Of a stretch of 64,000 bases of DNA, positions 24,301 through 36,665 are shown piece after piece. The number at the start of each line of letters is the position of its first letter. Position 1 is the stretch's first letter. The translations under genes and the position numbers were made by a program. This DNA is from Pelomyxa schiedti (Eukaryota; Protista; Evosea). A model generated the notes under the pieces. That model saw only the letters and a program-made list of their open reading frames with translations. It had not been told where the DNA came from and did not search any database. The stretch covers positions 64,001 through 128,000 of the forward strand of contig JAHLWZ010000807.1 of NCBI GenBank assembly GCA_020536535.1. Reading direction: 5' to 3'.

Positions 24301-26669
24301 GGAAAAATTTGAAGATGGACTGGCATGCAGCACGTGCGGAGTCTTCAGTGCAAAGGTCTGCATGTGTTCCAACTAGAATAACTGGAGGGGATGGAGGTTG
24401 CTTAACAGTGCGGGCGATTTGTCTGTAAGAGAAATTAGAATATGATTTCTGCGTTTCTGTCCAGTAACCTTAACCAATACTCTATTCTTAGAGTGTCTGG
24501 ATTTTGTATATTGAATAGAACAAGATAAAGTGCACGTCCAGTAAGGAAAAACTTGTGAAGAAATTAGCATATGAATGTTATGGAAGAATCAACTTGATGT
24601 GTTGGTAAAAAAACGCTTTGGCCTAACAATGGGTGTGTGTATTAGTTTCTGGGAAGATGAGATCAAATGTAGTACCTCCCAAGTCTGTTGAAAACAACAT
24701 TCAGTAAACGTAAGTTAAGAAAGATTATAAAGAAGCTACCCCAAACAGTAAATGTAACATCTTTAATCTGGAGATCTGTTATTTCAATTCCATCTGTTCT
24801 GAAGTGAGAGTTCTTCTGCTTTATTTATTATAGTACCTGTGGAAATTCCATTGTGTGTCAAGCCTTGAAACTTCTTTGTCAAAGTGGTTTTACCAACATT
24901 TTCCTTCATCAGAGTGAGCACATAACTGTTATATTGCCTTGCATACATACAGATCCAACAATCATCAACCTGACCCTATTCCAGCGAGTAATGCCGCTCA
25001 ATGCAAGTTCATCCAGGTAATCAGCCATTTCTTCTGATGAATTGCACTTTCGCATGTTTTCAAGTGGATTTGGCAAGTAGTGTAGTTTGTGATACCGGAC
25101 ATGACCAGCAAGGGTGAAGGGCAGAGCAGATAACTAGAGTTTGCAAAAAGGGAAGAAAGGCTTCTTATCAAAACCGGTACAAACTTTATTGTGTCCACAT
25201 GACAGTGTCATTTGTAGACAGTCACCCAGAGATTCGGGCAGACTTGTAAGATCATTATGTTCAAGCTTTGCATAATTAGGGCAATTGAGAAATTAGCCAA
25301 CATTTAGCTCAGTGAGCTCCAGGCACTTGGAAATTGTATCAGAGAGTGCAATCAACTTATTCCCTGTAGGGACGAAATGAGAAATCAAAAAGAAGAAAAA
25401 ATAACAAGAAAGCACACATGATAGGTCCAAAACTTTAAGGCATTTCGTTTCTTGGAAAAAGTTGTGGGGAACTTGTGATATTCTGTTATGTGACAGATTT
25501 AAAGTTGTTATTTGAGCGCCAAAGAGTTGCTCTAAGATGAATTGAGGGACCATATGAATCAAAGTGGTCATACCCACAGGTACCCCGGAGAGAAGGAGAA
25601 AAGGCATTGAGACATCTGGGGGAACTTTGGAAAACTGAGGCACACTTTCTGTTAGTAAATAAGTTCTCACTCCAATGCGGAAATGCTAACCTTGAGCCCA
25701 ATCAAATGCAGATTTTACAATATTGTTCTGGTACATAAACTGATAGGTGGGGTGTTGAATAAGTCCCCAATCTTGTACATGCGGATAATGACTGAATAGA
25801 TAAACAAAGGACTTCCGATCAAGCTTTTTGACTGTAATGACACTATGAAAACGAATTCCGCAGTAGTTGAAGGAAAACTTGTGAATAGGAGCATAATATC
25901 ATTCAATTTGATGTGTACATCAGCAAGTGTTTCATGTATCAGTTTATCAAGTTCTTCATAATGACTAGCATGTGATTTATGTCTTAGAAGAGCATTAATT
26001 TTTTCAGAGAAGACTGGTAAGGGCTCTTTAAGCAGGCCCGGCAATGAAGTTTTCCATGGTCGCCTTTTTCTCCTTAGACAGAAGGGGGTTGGGGAATCAC
26101 TACTTTTTGGGCATTTTCGAAACGTAATATACATCCTCAAAAAATTCCGTGACTGTGGTCTTGTCATCAATATTGAAACACCTCAACATATTGCACGTTT
26201 GATTATCCAAGGAATCTAAGATGTCCTTGAGGTCATTCCAGGCACTGCCATCCCCTTTTCCACCAACACCCACACATGGAAATGTTGTATCAGAAGTCCT
26301 AGGTGCTCTGGGGGTTGAAGGAACTGGCACTGCAGGGCGAAAATCAAGGCCACACAAAACCAATTTGCATTTTGAAGGTGTTGAATCTTCCAACTGTTGC
26401 ATTCTGTGATCTAGTGCGGCAACACCAGCAGGTTCACTCAAATGTGCCAAGTTAAATGCAAACACCACCACTTGCACACCACGAAATATGGATGATGAAC
26501 GCAGTGCAGAAGTTGATGGTTGAATTGATTCCACACTGGAACGTGGTGTTGTGGGAAGAACAGCATCAGGGGGCAGTGGCCCCATTTCAGTTGGTGCGTG
26601 GTGCATATATACAGTCATAGTGAAAGGTGCCTCCCCCTCAACAGTCATCTGCTTTGACACCCAACTCAC
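21307..26669 (-). CDS. LRR-containing TKL-family serine/threonine protein kinase, more than 12 exons
   Basis: Kinase exons verified by splicing. LIASGGFGKVYKGFLR|GELSGQVVAVKELLFHEGDDPKEKFAEFRKEAMLM (about 22650..22450). LSALDNPYVVQLLGVCMSPPMMVMEFIPCGTLFDLLHKSANSQE (22403..). …[30 protein letters not shown] (HRD loop). MLCFDPKAPVRAKVAD|FGLSVRAAGKVAGNLSTWQ (DFG). WLAPEVIDCHSEEYDEKSDIFSLGIVYYELVTRMYPYDG…RPTIPDNCP (exon 21498..21778). A 43-nt intron (21455..21497) precedes K(K)LAKMMHNCWNRVPNLRPSAESLTSELEDMLE…, with stop TAA at 21307..21309. Upstream LRR exons (25293..25700): LNLSHNRISQVPHNFFQETKCLKVLDLS…, LTELNVG. The N-terminal region (26669..25715) is not assignable. The true start may lie upstream of 26669. 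Confidence 0.75.
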
Positions 26670-27339
26670 ATCTTACAAACCATAGTGTTAGGAAGTAATA
26701 GTAGTAAAAAGAAGAAATAAGTACAATAAAAAACAGAAACAACAAAAAAAAACCCCAGGTTGCACAGAAAAAGAATTTGTTCTGGATAAACCTGGGTTGA
26801 TAGTCCCGAAAGCGGAAACGAGTGACCTAACGGTTTCCTTGTCATCCCCGATTATGGTTACAATGATGTCCTCGGGTTTACGGGACTAACCAAGAGGTGT
26901 AAGTGTCAATCAAAATCATTTTGGTTTTTTGTTGTTGTCAAAGGGGAAGAAGGTTAAGGATTGGAGTGGTGTGGGGAAAAAAAAAACCAAAACAATGAAT
27001 AAAAAGTCGTAGTCGTAGAGGCAACACGCGCACCATTTTGTTTCGTGCACTTCGGCGCGTGAAAATTTTGTTTCCTTTATCTGTACTGCGAGTTTCGGGC
27101 CAACCTCTGAACCGCTGAATCTCATTGCTAGATTGAAGATCTTTGTTGGAATGCCAAACACAACGGTGCACAGCAATACGTGAGGGAGTGGGAATGTTGT
27201 TTTCAGAGTCTTGGATGAGAAAGTGACACAACTTCAAGGTCGTTAATTTGGCTTTCGAGTAAGAGCAATTCCCGGTCGATCAAACCGGCACACAAAACGA
27301 AAACACCAGCTTTTTTTTCCGCCCTCGCGATCAACGCTC
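26670..27339. promoter_or_regulatory. Divergent (bidirectional) promoter region between the minus-strand LRR-kinase gene and the plus-strand RCC1-Sec7-PH gene
   Basis: A 670-bp non-coding spacer between two head-to-head gene starts. It contains poly-A/poly-T tracts and no long ORF. Confidence 0.4.
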
Positions 27340-30300
27340 ATGAGCAGCGACCAGGCTAGCGAATCTACGCCAAAAAGCGACAGTGAAGATACCGACGAAA
27401 GCAGCGGAAGCAGGACCGCAAGTAGATCTCATTCGCCAGCCTGTACTGTAACTGGCAGATCTGACGCTGTTCCGTTGGCCACTGAAAACGACGAAGATGT
27501 GCCTTGTACCGCCGTAGTCACTACTGCGGCAATTGCTACCGTAACGGTGATCGCGACTACTCCCGACCCGGAAGTGCTTACTCCAAAAGAACCGGTCGCC
27601 GTGGTGCCTGAAACACAAGAGCCAGTTCCCTCTGAAAGTACTGTTCAAAAGGAAGCTGAGAGCCCAACACAGAAAACAACCGACAACCACACGAGATCAC
27701 ACAGGCACCGGGCGTCACACACGGGACATCACAGGGAGCGAGAAACAAAAGAAGCTGAAACTAAAGATGGAGAGAAGGATGGAAACGGTGACCACTCCAA
27801 GGATCATGACACAAAACATCATAGGGACCATGACAGACACCACGGCGAGTCGCACAGTCGACGAAGAAACAGGAGATACAGTGGAGGTGGTGATGCCGAA
27901 AAGCCTCGTGCATGTCAGTCTCCTCCCGTACCTTTAGATGCCACACTGGTCGCGCATCAAACGAGGTCTAGAGCATCAACTTATGCTGGTGAAGATTTAG
28001 CAGCGGAACTGCAGATGATTGCAACCTCGGGATCTTCTCTAAAAGATGGCAATGAGCCAATAGAGCAAGTAGATGGCTCACATCTGGCAACATTAGATGT
28101 GGATGTAAATGCGAGCTCATCAACGGCTGCATCCACTGCTCCCACTTCTAGCGCAGCGGAGAATTTGCCAGATCCCACTGACAAAACTTCAGTCATTCCT
28201 CAAATCAACGTCACCTCAGAGCCGCTGGCATCCACTGATAGCAACTCAAGCTCACTTTCGTCATTGTCAACTGCCGCCGCTCCTTCCACTGGTGGATCCA
28301 GTACAAAGCCAACTTTGCAAGGTTTTCTTTTTTCCTTCTCGCAATACAAATCCCAACTGCTAGAAAAACAGGTACCGGGCTTTCTCTCCCACGCAGTGCA
28401 AATCAAGGATTTCTCCTTAGCTATTTTGGGAAGTCTGAACCGGGTGCTCATAACATTGATATAGAAAATGTTGTGCAAATTGCAGCTCACGCTACTAGGG
28501 CCGCCGTGAGTTTATTGAGTGCCCCTTCTTTATAACTTACTCTACTACTACCAAAACGTAAGGTTTTACTCCTCAGTGATGGAACCGTAGTATGTCTTCC
28601 TAATGGTCCCCCAGCTTGTGAAATCGGTAAAAACCAAAGCCGATTTCTTGTCAATATTCCTGCGCCGGAACCGATAACTCAAATTGCCTGCTCCACAGCT
28701 TATGTGTGTGCAATTGGAGCCAGTGGGAAGTTATACTTTTGTGAAGACTTGATGGCTCCCGCACCTGCCTTTTCATTCATCAATTTAACTGACGTAGTGG
28801 AAGTTCACGTTGGAAGTTATGGGCTGTTCGCTGCTGCGCTTCAGCAAGATGGGACGTTGTGGACTTGGGGTGCAGATCCACCTCCCCTTGGGGCGCCAAC
28901 TCCAAAGCGAGTGGAAGTGTTTTACCCTGCTGTCTCGAAATCAAAAGTAGATCCCCCACCTCCCCAAGAACAAGTTATCTTCAAGACTTTCGATTGTGGA
29001 GACAAGCATATAGCAGCTGTATCGGACAAAGGCGATGTCTGGATATGGGGAAGCAATCCTCACTCATGTTTGATAAAAGAGTGTCAGGATCCAATTATAT
29101 CCACTCCCCAGCTAGCACTTGACAAGCACAAGATTGCCCACATCTCATGTGGTCGTAATGTAACGTTTGCTTCCGGAGAAGATGGTAAAATCTGGTTCTG
29201 GGGTGATCCAGGCAATCACATTCTCCATCCACTACTTGCAAATGCAGGCTATCTAGGGTACCAGAAGCCTGTTGTACTAGGCTACCTTCCAGGTGGTGTG
29301 CGGATAAGCTGCGGAGTTAACCATTATGCTGCACTTAGTGAAACCGGGGATTTGTGGACATGGGGAAGCAGTGACCGAGCGCAATTAGGCTACATAACAC
29401 AAGCCGTTGTCACGGATTCTTTCGTTCAGGACAATCCACCGCAGTGTGTGGCCATACAAGTGAAACAAGTAGTTTGTGGTAGTTCATATACACTCATGCT
29501 TAGATACCCTCTAAAGCATTCCATGGACGTTTTAAGTGCTGTTACATTTGCAGCACATATGAGATCATCCTCTAATCTTAAGGATAGTCGGAGATCCGCC
29601 CCACCCATTCTGAATTCTTTAGTACAACCCACAACAACGTCGACACTGTCTCTCGCAGTGTCGCAGCTCGCTTCAACCTGTGCCCTGGCCACAACCCTCC
29701 ATATTAAGTCCACCACCACACCAGTCAATAATGCCCCCATGTCTGAGGAAGTGATATCCCTCTTTAAAACATCGCCATCCAAGGCAATCAAAAAGTTACT
29801 GGAACTGGGACTAATCACGAATGCTCCTCGGACACTTGCAACCTACCTCTTCAGTAACTGCGACCTTCTTTCTCCATCATCACTTGCCGATTTTCTCGGA
29901 TCGGAAGGCAGTGAACAAGTCTTGTCTGAATTCACTAATCTCATCAACCTCAGCCATTTGAATTTTGAAATGGCTCTCAGACGATTTATGTGGATCGCGC
30001 ATTTGCCTGGCGAGGCTCAGAAAATCGATAGGATGATGTCCTGTTTTGCAAGACATTACCTGGAAGTCGCAAGCGAAACTGGAATGTTCAAGAATAGCGA
30101 CGCTATATACATTCTTGCAGTAACGTTCCATTATCCCCCGCTGTTGAATTGTCAGTCCACTAACCCTTGCATACTTACTCTTTGACAGTTTTCCTGTATA
30201 ATGCTGACGACGTCTTTCACAAAACAACAATGCGGGTATCCACCTCCCACAATGGACAAATGGATAAGCGGAAATAACGATACCGAAGCAGCCGGTCTTC

Positions 30301-30711
30301 CAAGGTAGCGAGCCCTTTTCAATAACTCTCAGGATTGAACTGAACTTTCCAAGGGACTTCCAAGAGCACCTCTACAACCAAATAGCGGACACCCCATTCG
30401 ATGCCGGCACTCCCTCCAGCAAATTCCTAGTGATGCAAGGGATTCTGTCCCAGCCTCAGCGAGTCTTCCTCAAGACCACGTCCTGCCACCTCAACCACAA
30501 CAACTTCTACCAAGGAGACACCAAAATACCACTCTCCACCATCATAGCCATCAAGCAAGCCGGGGCCACATTCACCATCAAGCTTGCCGACGGCAAGGAT
30601 AGGGTGTTTGAGGCCAAGACAGTTTACACCGCCAACACCTGGATCAACGCCTTCCGCACCGTTTGCTCCAAAACAACTGCGATTACCACCCTCCCAGCCT
30701 CAGGCCCTTGA
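27340..30711 (+). CDS. ARF guanine-nucleotide exchange factor with unusual architecture: disordered N-terminus, RCC1-like beta-propeller repeats, Sec7 domain, C-terminal PH domain
   Basis: The N-terminal ORF 27340..28330 is acidic, Ser/Thr-rich and His-rich. RCC1 repeats (about 28560..29560): DGTVVCLPNG, GKLYFCEDL, DGTLWTWG, GDVWIWGSN, DGKIWFWGD, GDLWTWGSSDRAQLG, VVCGSSYTLML. Sec7 (about 29880..30330): EFTNLINLSHLNFEMALRRFMWIAHLPGEAQKIDRMMSCFARHY…SDAIYILA|FSCIMLTTSFTKQQ…GLPR|IELNFPRDFQEHLYNQI (FRLPGEAQKIDR motif). Sec7 splices: a 69-nt intron at 30120..30188 and a 28-nt intron at 30305..30332. PH domain exon 30333..30711: FLVMQGILSQPQRVFLKTTSCHLNHNNFYQGDTKIPLSTIIAIKQAGATFTIKLADGKDRVFEAKTVYTANTWINAFRTV. 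Stop TGA at 30709..30711. Confidence 0.8.
30305..30332 (+). other. Putative 28-nt GT-AG micro-intron (gtagcgagcccttttcaataactctcag) inside the Sec7 domain
   Basis: Without it the Sec7 domain ends at an in-frame TAG before its conserved DLPxEyL..LY..I segment, and the PH exon has no start. Splicing gives …AAGLPR|IELNFPRDFQEHLYNQI. Confidence 0.5.
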
Positions 30712-30977
30712 CCTCACATTCACTTCATACCATGCCCATACTGTACCCTTTAAGTTTTTTTTTATTTTTCAACTCGTTTCTGTTCCTGTGGTGCAGGGGA
30801 AAATGCTAAGAACTTCATTACACCACGCCACACATTTTTTTTTGTGGCAAACAATTTCCAACTTGGTTCTCAACATGTCATTTGGGTAAACGAGCTTGCC
30901 CCAAATTTCCGGCAACAAAAAGGCCAGCGATCGAAAAGTAATCAGAAAAAGAAAAAAAAAAACCGTAAAACACAAAG

Positions 30978-32805
30978 ATGATAGGGTCGACAGCCGTATT
31001 ACCAAGTGAGCATTGTGTTTGTTGAATGGTTTTTGTTATTAATTTTGTGGTTGGGTAGTTCCTGCTACATCCGGAATTGCGAGCGGGGCGAGTTACGCAG
31101 ATGCTGTAAATGCACTGGAACAACTGGACAAGATTGTGGACTCTCTGTTTGGTCACCTCTCACAAAAGGTTACCGAACAGAGCAACAGGCTTGGCTCGGC
31201 TGCTTCCAGGATAATATCCATGAAGGTCCCTTTTTCACCCTTTGATTTTATTTTTTTTTTTTGCTCAATTGGTTGTTGTGGTTGTTCTTTTTGACGCTGT
31301 TATTGTATGCATTGAGATAAACTTACATGTCTTCGTTTCAGAATAGAATCACTCGTTTGTCGGAAGAAAAGGATCGCGCTGTTGTTGTACGCTCGCCTGC
31401 AACACACCCGAATCCTCACCCTGAGGGGTTATTGCCTTCACTGTTCTCTGGCTATGTCCCACCACCTGTGACGCGCTGTGCGAAATTTCCTCACAGGCAG
31501 CAGGTTATTGTAAGTTGTCCTTCTAAAAAAGCCAATGCACTTACATGAGGTTTAGGTAGATAGAATAGACGAGGATCCCATTACCTCCAGTCAACGTATT
31601 GCCCCTCTTTTGTATGAAATTCAGCAGGCAGCCATTGGTGCTCCAGTATCGGATGGCCTTGGTATTTTCTTCTCTTCTCTTCATTTCTTTCCTAATTTCC
31701 CGAAATTAGGCGCCGTCAGTGAGGCAACTACCTCGATCTCCAGCCTGGTGCTGTTCAACTCTTCTATTACGCCAAATACAAACAACGCCTCCTGTGACAA
31801 CTTGCGTACGAGATTCTCCAAAGAGGTTCGCCCTATGCTAAAAGTACCAACTCCTCAAATTCCTCCTGCCCCATCCAGTTTGTTGACTGAAATGGTATGA
31901 ATCTTTGTGTTTTCGGTTAACTGACATGAATCCAGAAAGAATTCCACTCCCGGTATATCGTGGAATTACCACCAGCTGAAAAAGCCCCCAAATTGTTATT
32001 ACCAGACATGCTAGGCCTCACCAATGCCGCTAAAGTTTGTGATTTTGGAGAAGGTATGTCTCATCCTGAGGCGTGGACAACTTGTTCATCCAAAAATCCA
32101 GATGAGGATGCCTCTGAGGATTCCCAAGTCCAAATTCCTCCTCCTGAGGAAGCTCTCCCAGTTCCCAATAAACCAACTGTTACCCCACAACCAGCAACAT
32201 ATACTGAAAAGGTAGTGATTCCACCACCTGTGGCAACGAAGGCAACTTTACCTGTCCCACCAGCTGTTCCTCAGCCCCAACCAACACCAGGTTTCAAGGC
32301 AACCCCCCCACAGAAGCAAATCCCGCCCCCTACAGCCACGCCCCCGCAGAGCACCCCCTCCCGCCTTGTCCCACCTCTCGCTCCTTTCTCCGCCGCGCCC
32401 GCCAGTTCCGCCGCGGCCACTGCAGGCCCTCGCCCTTTGGCCTCCGCCTCGGGGCCCACCGGCACTGCCGCTTATGTGATTCCTGCAGCCCCTCCACCTC
32501 CCAAGAAGTGGCCCCTGTCTCGTGAACTCCTGCAGCCTGCCGCTGCACCCCCACAAAGCTTCCAGCAGCAGTTGGCAGACAAAATAGCACTGAGGCAACA
32601 CCACAAGGATGTAGCCCCCCCTCTGGAATCGCCCCCATCACAGCAACAGCAACGCCAACGGCAGCAGCAGCAGCAACAACAGGAGCAACAAACAGTGAAG
32701 GCTCCCCCTTCAATGACAGGCACCTGGGCCCAAATATCTGCCAAAATCATCCCCCGCAGAGAAGCCGTTGCTGATTCTGATGACGAGCAGGACGACGATT
32801 TCTAA
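30978..32805 (+). CDS. WASH1: WASH complex subunit 1 (WASH1/WASHC1) homologue: WAHD1 N-terminal domain, Pro-rich region, C-terminal WH2-like + acidic tail
   Basis: Exon 1 (30978..31005): MIGSTAVLP. Exon 2 (31058..31224): IPATSGIASGASYADAVNALEQLDKIVDSLFGHLSQKVTEQSNRLGSAASRIISMK. Exon 3 (31342..31509): NRITRLSEEKDRAVVVRSPATHPNPHPEGLLPSLFSG…. Later exons: …SEATTSISSLVLFNSSITPN…; KEFHSRYIVELPPAEKAPKLLLPDMLGLTNAAKV. Final exon 31960..32805 is Pro-rich and ends …QQLADKIALRQ…ADSDDEQDDDF. Segment-by-segment resemblance to human WASH1: [75 protein letters not shown]. Confidence 0.8.
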
Positions 32806-33064
32806 ATAGTAATGAAACGAAAAAAAATCAATGATTTAAGGGCCTCTATGTGCCAACCCATGATGATCCTCTTTAATCTACTTTTTTGGCTGGAAGACAA
32901 GTTGCCACTAAGAGGCCCTTGAAGAGAAGTACAGCTGCACCAGGAGAAAAGTTTTAATGGGAGGTTGTACTGTTGGGAGTTTCATCAAATTTGTTTTCCT
33001 GCAACAAAGTTTCTACTGAAAGTCAAGGTATTTTATTTTACATGGCTGGTTACAAGTGCCAGCT

Positions 33065-33945
33065 TCAGTCACCGTAATAGGGTATAAAACGGCCTGTTCG
33101 ACGGTATCCAATAACACCACCAATTGCAGCCAAAGTCAGAAGTGCTGCGAAGCAGAGGCCAACTACAATCATTTTCTTTGGGTAGCCCTTGGCAAGCATT
33201 GCAATCAGAATTCCAACTGCCGGAATCACAAAGGTAATGTGGAAGGCCAAAGTGCCACTGAAGGGAGCAATATGCACGTCGTTCACAGTGATTCCAAAGA
33301 TTATGAAAAAAACAAACAAGAATGCGTAGAGAAACAGAGACACCCATGCTGTCATTGTGTGTGATGTGAACACAGTGTACTAGTTACCGTGAGGTAAGTT
33401 TATGTGAAACAAGTGGAGAAGAAAAAGTACCTTTGGAACAGGGACAACAGTGTCGTGTGACATGCTCCAAAGTAGTCTGCACACATTCGCGATGTAAATC
33501 GTGCTCAGTATCATGTAAGCAATTTGCAAAAAGCACCAGCAGTACAAGTACCAGTACCAAATTTCGTTTCGGCTGTGCGGTTCCACCATCATATCCAGGC
33601 AAAACCCAGAGGCCAGGTCCAGGCACCCCCAAATCGCGAAGGCAAGAGCACTTCCTGTGCGGGAGATGTAAATCAACTGGGTTAGGGATAAAAAGAGATG
33701 AAACCGGAAAGATGTTCATTCTTCCACGTGAATAGTACATAATGCCAGAAACAATGCAAGTATATGGCAATTGCAAAAGTGAATACCCCCATCAAGCTAG
33801 TTGTCCAATTGGCCATTGACGCAATCTGATTGAGGAATGTGAATGGCAAAGGAAGTAAACTGCATCATTATTACCGAGATAGCCAAGTTGGCAATGAGCA
33901 GGAAAACCCAGAGTGCGAGTGTCTTCCGCCTCTTCTGCTGTGACT
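33065..33945 (-). CDS. Small multi-pass membrane protein (3-4 predicted TM helices), family unknown
   Basis: Exons: MLCESQQKRRKTLALWVFLLIANLAISVIMMQF… (about 33945..33800); …SALAFAIWGCLDLASGFCLD…YLYCWCFLQIAYMILSTIYIA (33380..33676); MFTSHTMTAWVSLFLYAFLFVFFIIFGITVNDVHIAPFSGTLAFHITFVIPAVGILIAMLAKGYPKKMIVVGLCFAALLTLAAIGGVIGYRRTG… (33065..33373). Confidence 0.45.
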
Positions 33946-33996
33946 CACACAACATTGACAATGTCGATGATCCTCTGAAACCGCTGTGCGTTCACT

Positions 33997-34559
33997 TCAG
34001 TAAAAAATTACAGTGACCCACACCCTAAATGATGGCAAACGAACATACGTTTCAATGTATTCCTTGACAGAGCAACATCTTGGCAGCATTGACTTGTTTT
34101 GAGGGAACAAAGCACAGCCCAATGCAAACCCCTTGAGGCTCATCGCTTTCCCGTTCTTTTCTTGTTCCACAATGCCCGTGATGCTGTTAATTTCAAACCG
34201 CGACGCTTCTTCATGGTCATGCTTCCACTGTTTCTTCACATCCTCAACTGATACGAGGTGGTTGTCTGTTGATTCTCCTGTTTGTACAATCACACTTAAA
34301 ACAAGTTGGAGGTCCATCACACACCTATCGGAGTGGTTGCTGGGAGGGCACAGAAGACGGAGGCACACTGTTCCCACAGGTGCAACGGAATCAAAGAGGA
34401 TTCAGGCAGTGGTTCTTTCTTCACCAACTCAACACCCTCTGGTGGTTTTTTCTCTTCGTCATCTACAACGACCTCCTTGAGCTCAATGTGCTTCAGCTCT
34501 GGCGTTTTCGACTTCATTGGTGTGGTTTGAATTGAATTTTGGTGTTTGGTGTTACCCAC
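33997..34559 (-). CDS. Hypothetical protein (Lys/Glu-rich, begins MGNTKHQ…), two or more exons
   Basis: ORF 34317..34559: MGNTKHQNSIQTTPMKSKTPELKHIELKEVVVDDEEKKPPEGVELVKKEPLPESS…. ORF 33997..34377: …NHLVSVEDVKKQWKHDHEEASRFEINSITGIVEQEKNGKAMSLKGF…. No family recognised. Confidence 0.3.
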
Positions 34560-35269
<710 letters not shown>

Positions 35270-36301
35270 TCTATTGTCGGCCGCCCACGCCATACGCAAG
35301 CCATGCCCGGACCGTGCAACCAGGACGCCTACTTTGGGGACGAGGCCCAGAGCAAGAGAGGCGTCCTGACCCTCATGTACCCAATCGAGCACGGCGTCGT
35401 CACCAACTGGGACGACATGGAGAGGATATGGCACCACACCTTCTACAACGAGCTCTGCGTTGCTCCCGCGGACCACCCTGTCCTGCTCACAGAGGCCCCA
35501 CTCAACCCAAAGGCCAACCGCGAGAAGATGGCCCAGCTCATGTTCGAGACATTCAAAACACCCGCCATGTACGTGGCCATCCAGGCGGTCCTGTCCCTCT
35601 ATGCCTCTGGTAGAACCACTGGCATTGTGATGGACACTGGCGATGGTGTCACCCACACGGTACCTATCTACGAGGGCTACGCCCTGCCACACGCCACCCT
35701 CAGGCTCGATATTGCCGGCCGCGACCTCACTGACTACATGATGAAGATTCTCACTGAGCGCGGCTACTCGTTCACCACAACCGCTGAGCGCGAGATTGCG
35801 GGTGATATCAAGGAGAAGCTCGCATATGTTGCCCTGGACTTTGATGCCGAGATGAAGACAGCAGCTGAATCCTCGTCCCTTGAGAGGAGCTACGAGCTCC
35901 CAGATGGACAAGTGATCACGATAGGAAACGAGAGGTTCAGGTGCCCAGAGGCCCTGTTCCAGCCGCCATTCCTCGGCATGGAAGCCGCGGGAATCCACGA
36001 GACATGCTACAACTCCATCATGAAGTGCGACGTCGATATCCGCAAGGACCTGTACGCCAACATTGTTCTATCTGGTGGCACATCAATGTTCCCAGGGATT
36101 GCTGACAGGATGCAGAAGGAAATGACCACCCTAGCACCAACAACAGTGAAGGTTATGGTCATCGCACCACCTGAGCGCAAGTACTCCGTGTGGATAGGAG
36201 GATCTATCCTCGCCTCGCTAAGCACATTCCAGCAAATGTGGATCAGCAAGGAAGAGTACGACGAGTACGGACCTGCCATTGTCCACCGCAAGTGCTTTTA
36301 A
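35270..36301 (+). CDS. ACT: Actin, exon 2 (divergent N-terminal segment …[18 protein letters not shown]…, otherwise canonical)
   Basis: [15 protein letters not shown]…[73 protein letters not shown]…[77 protein letters not shown]. Stop TAA at 36299..36301. Confidence 0.95.
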   Translation, partial: SIVGRPRHTQAMPGPCNQDAYFGDEAQSKRGVLTLMYPIEHGVVTNWDDMERIWHHTFYNELCVAPADHPVLLTEAPLNPKANREKMAQLMFETFKTPAMYVAIQAVLSLYASGRTTGIVMDTGDGVTHTVPIYEGYALPHATLRLDIAGRDLTDYMMKILTERGYSFTTTAEREIAGDIKEKLAYVALDFDAEMKTAAESSSLERSYELPDGQVITIGNERFRCPEALFQPPFLGMEAAGIHETCYNSIMKCDVDIRKDLYANIVLSGGTSMFPGIADRMQKEMTTLAPTTVKVMVIAPPERKYSVWIGGSILASLSTFQQMWISKEEYDEYGPAIVHRKCF

Positions 36302-36665
36302 GTCACAGTTCAGACAATGACCAGAGGTTGAAGCTGGAACTTTCATTGAGCAGCGATTGAAACGAACAGAAAGGCTGGGAGTCTTGTAGAATGTGGAACA
36401 CAGGTCCTATGCTTCCATCCTCTCGTTCCATGTGTGCCACTGGTTTGGCCACCATGCAATCAGATGGAGTTGGTGCAAAGGCACCTTTTTCCTGCCAACA
36501 CACACCCTTTTCTGGCTCCTGAATTTCCTGTTTTCTCTGGTTATTGACGGACAAATTGACAATAAAAATCTCAGTTTGTGGTTAATTCTTCTGTCTCCCT
36601 TTACTGTTATTTTGGACTGTTACTTCCAGCTCTTAGGTATTTGGCAGTAACAACAGCAGCCGCAT

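Noticed and set aside
25715-26669. Possible Roc/Ras-like GTPase + COR domain upstream of the LRR-kinase (which would make it a ROCO/LRRK-type protein)
   Set aside because: No GxxxxGK(S/T) P-loop, DxxG or NKxD motifs could be found. The resemblance (…KLVLCGLDF…) is superficial, and the domain order would also be wrong for ROCO proteins.
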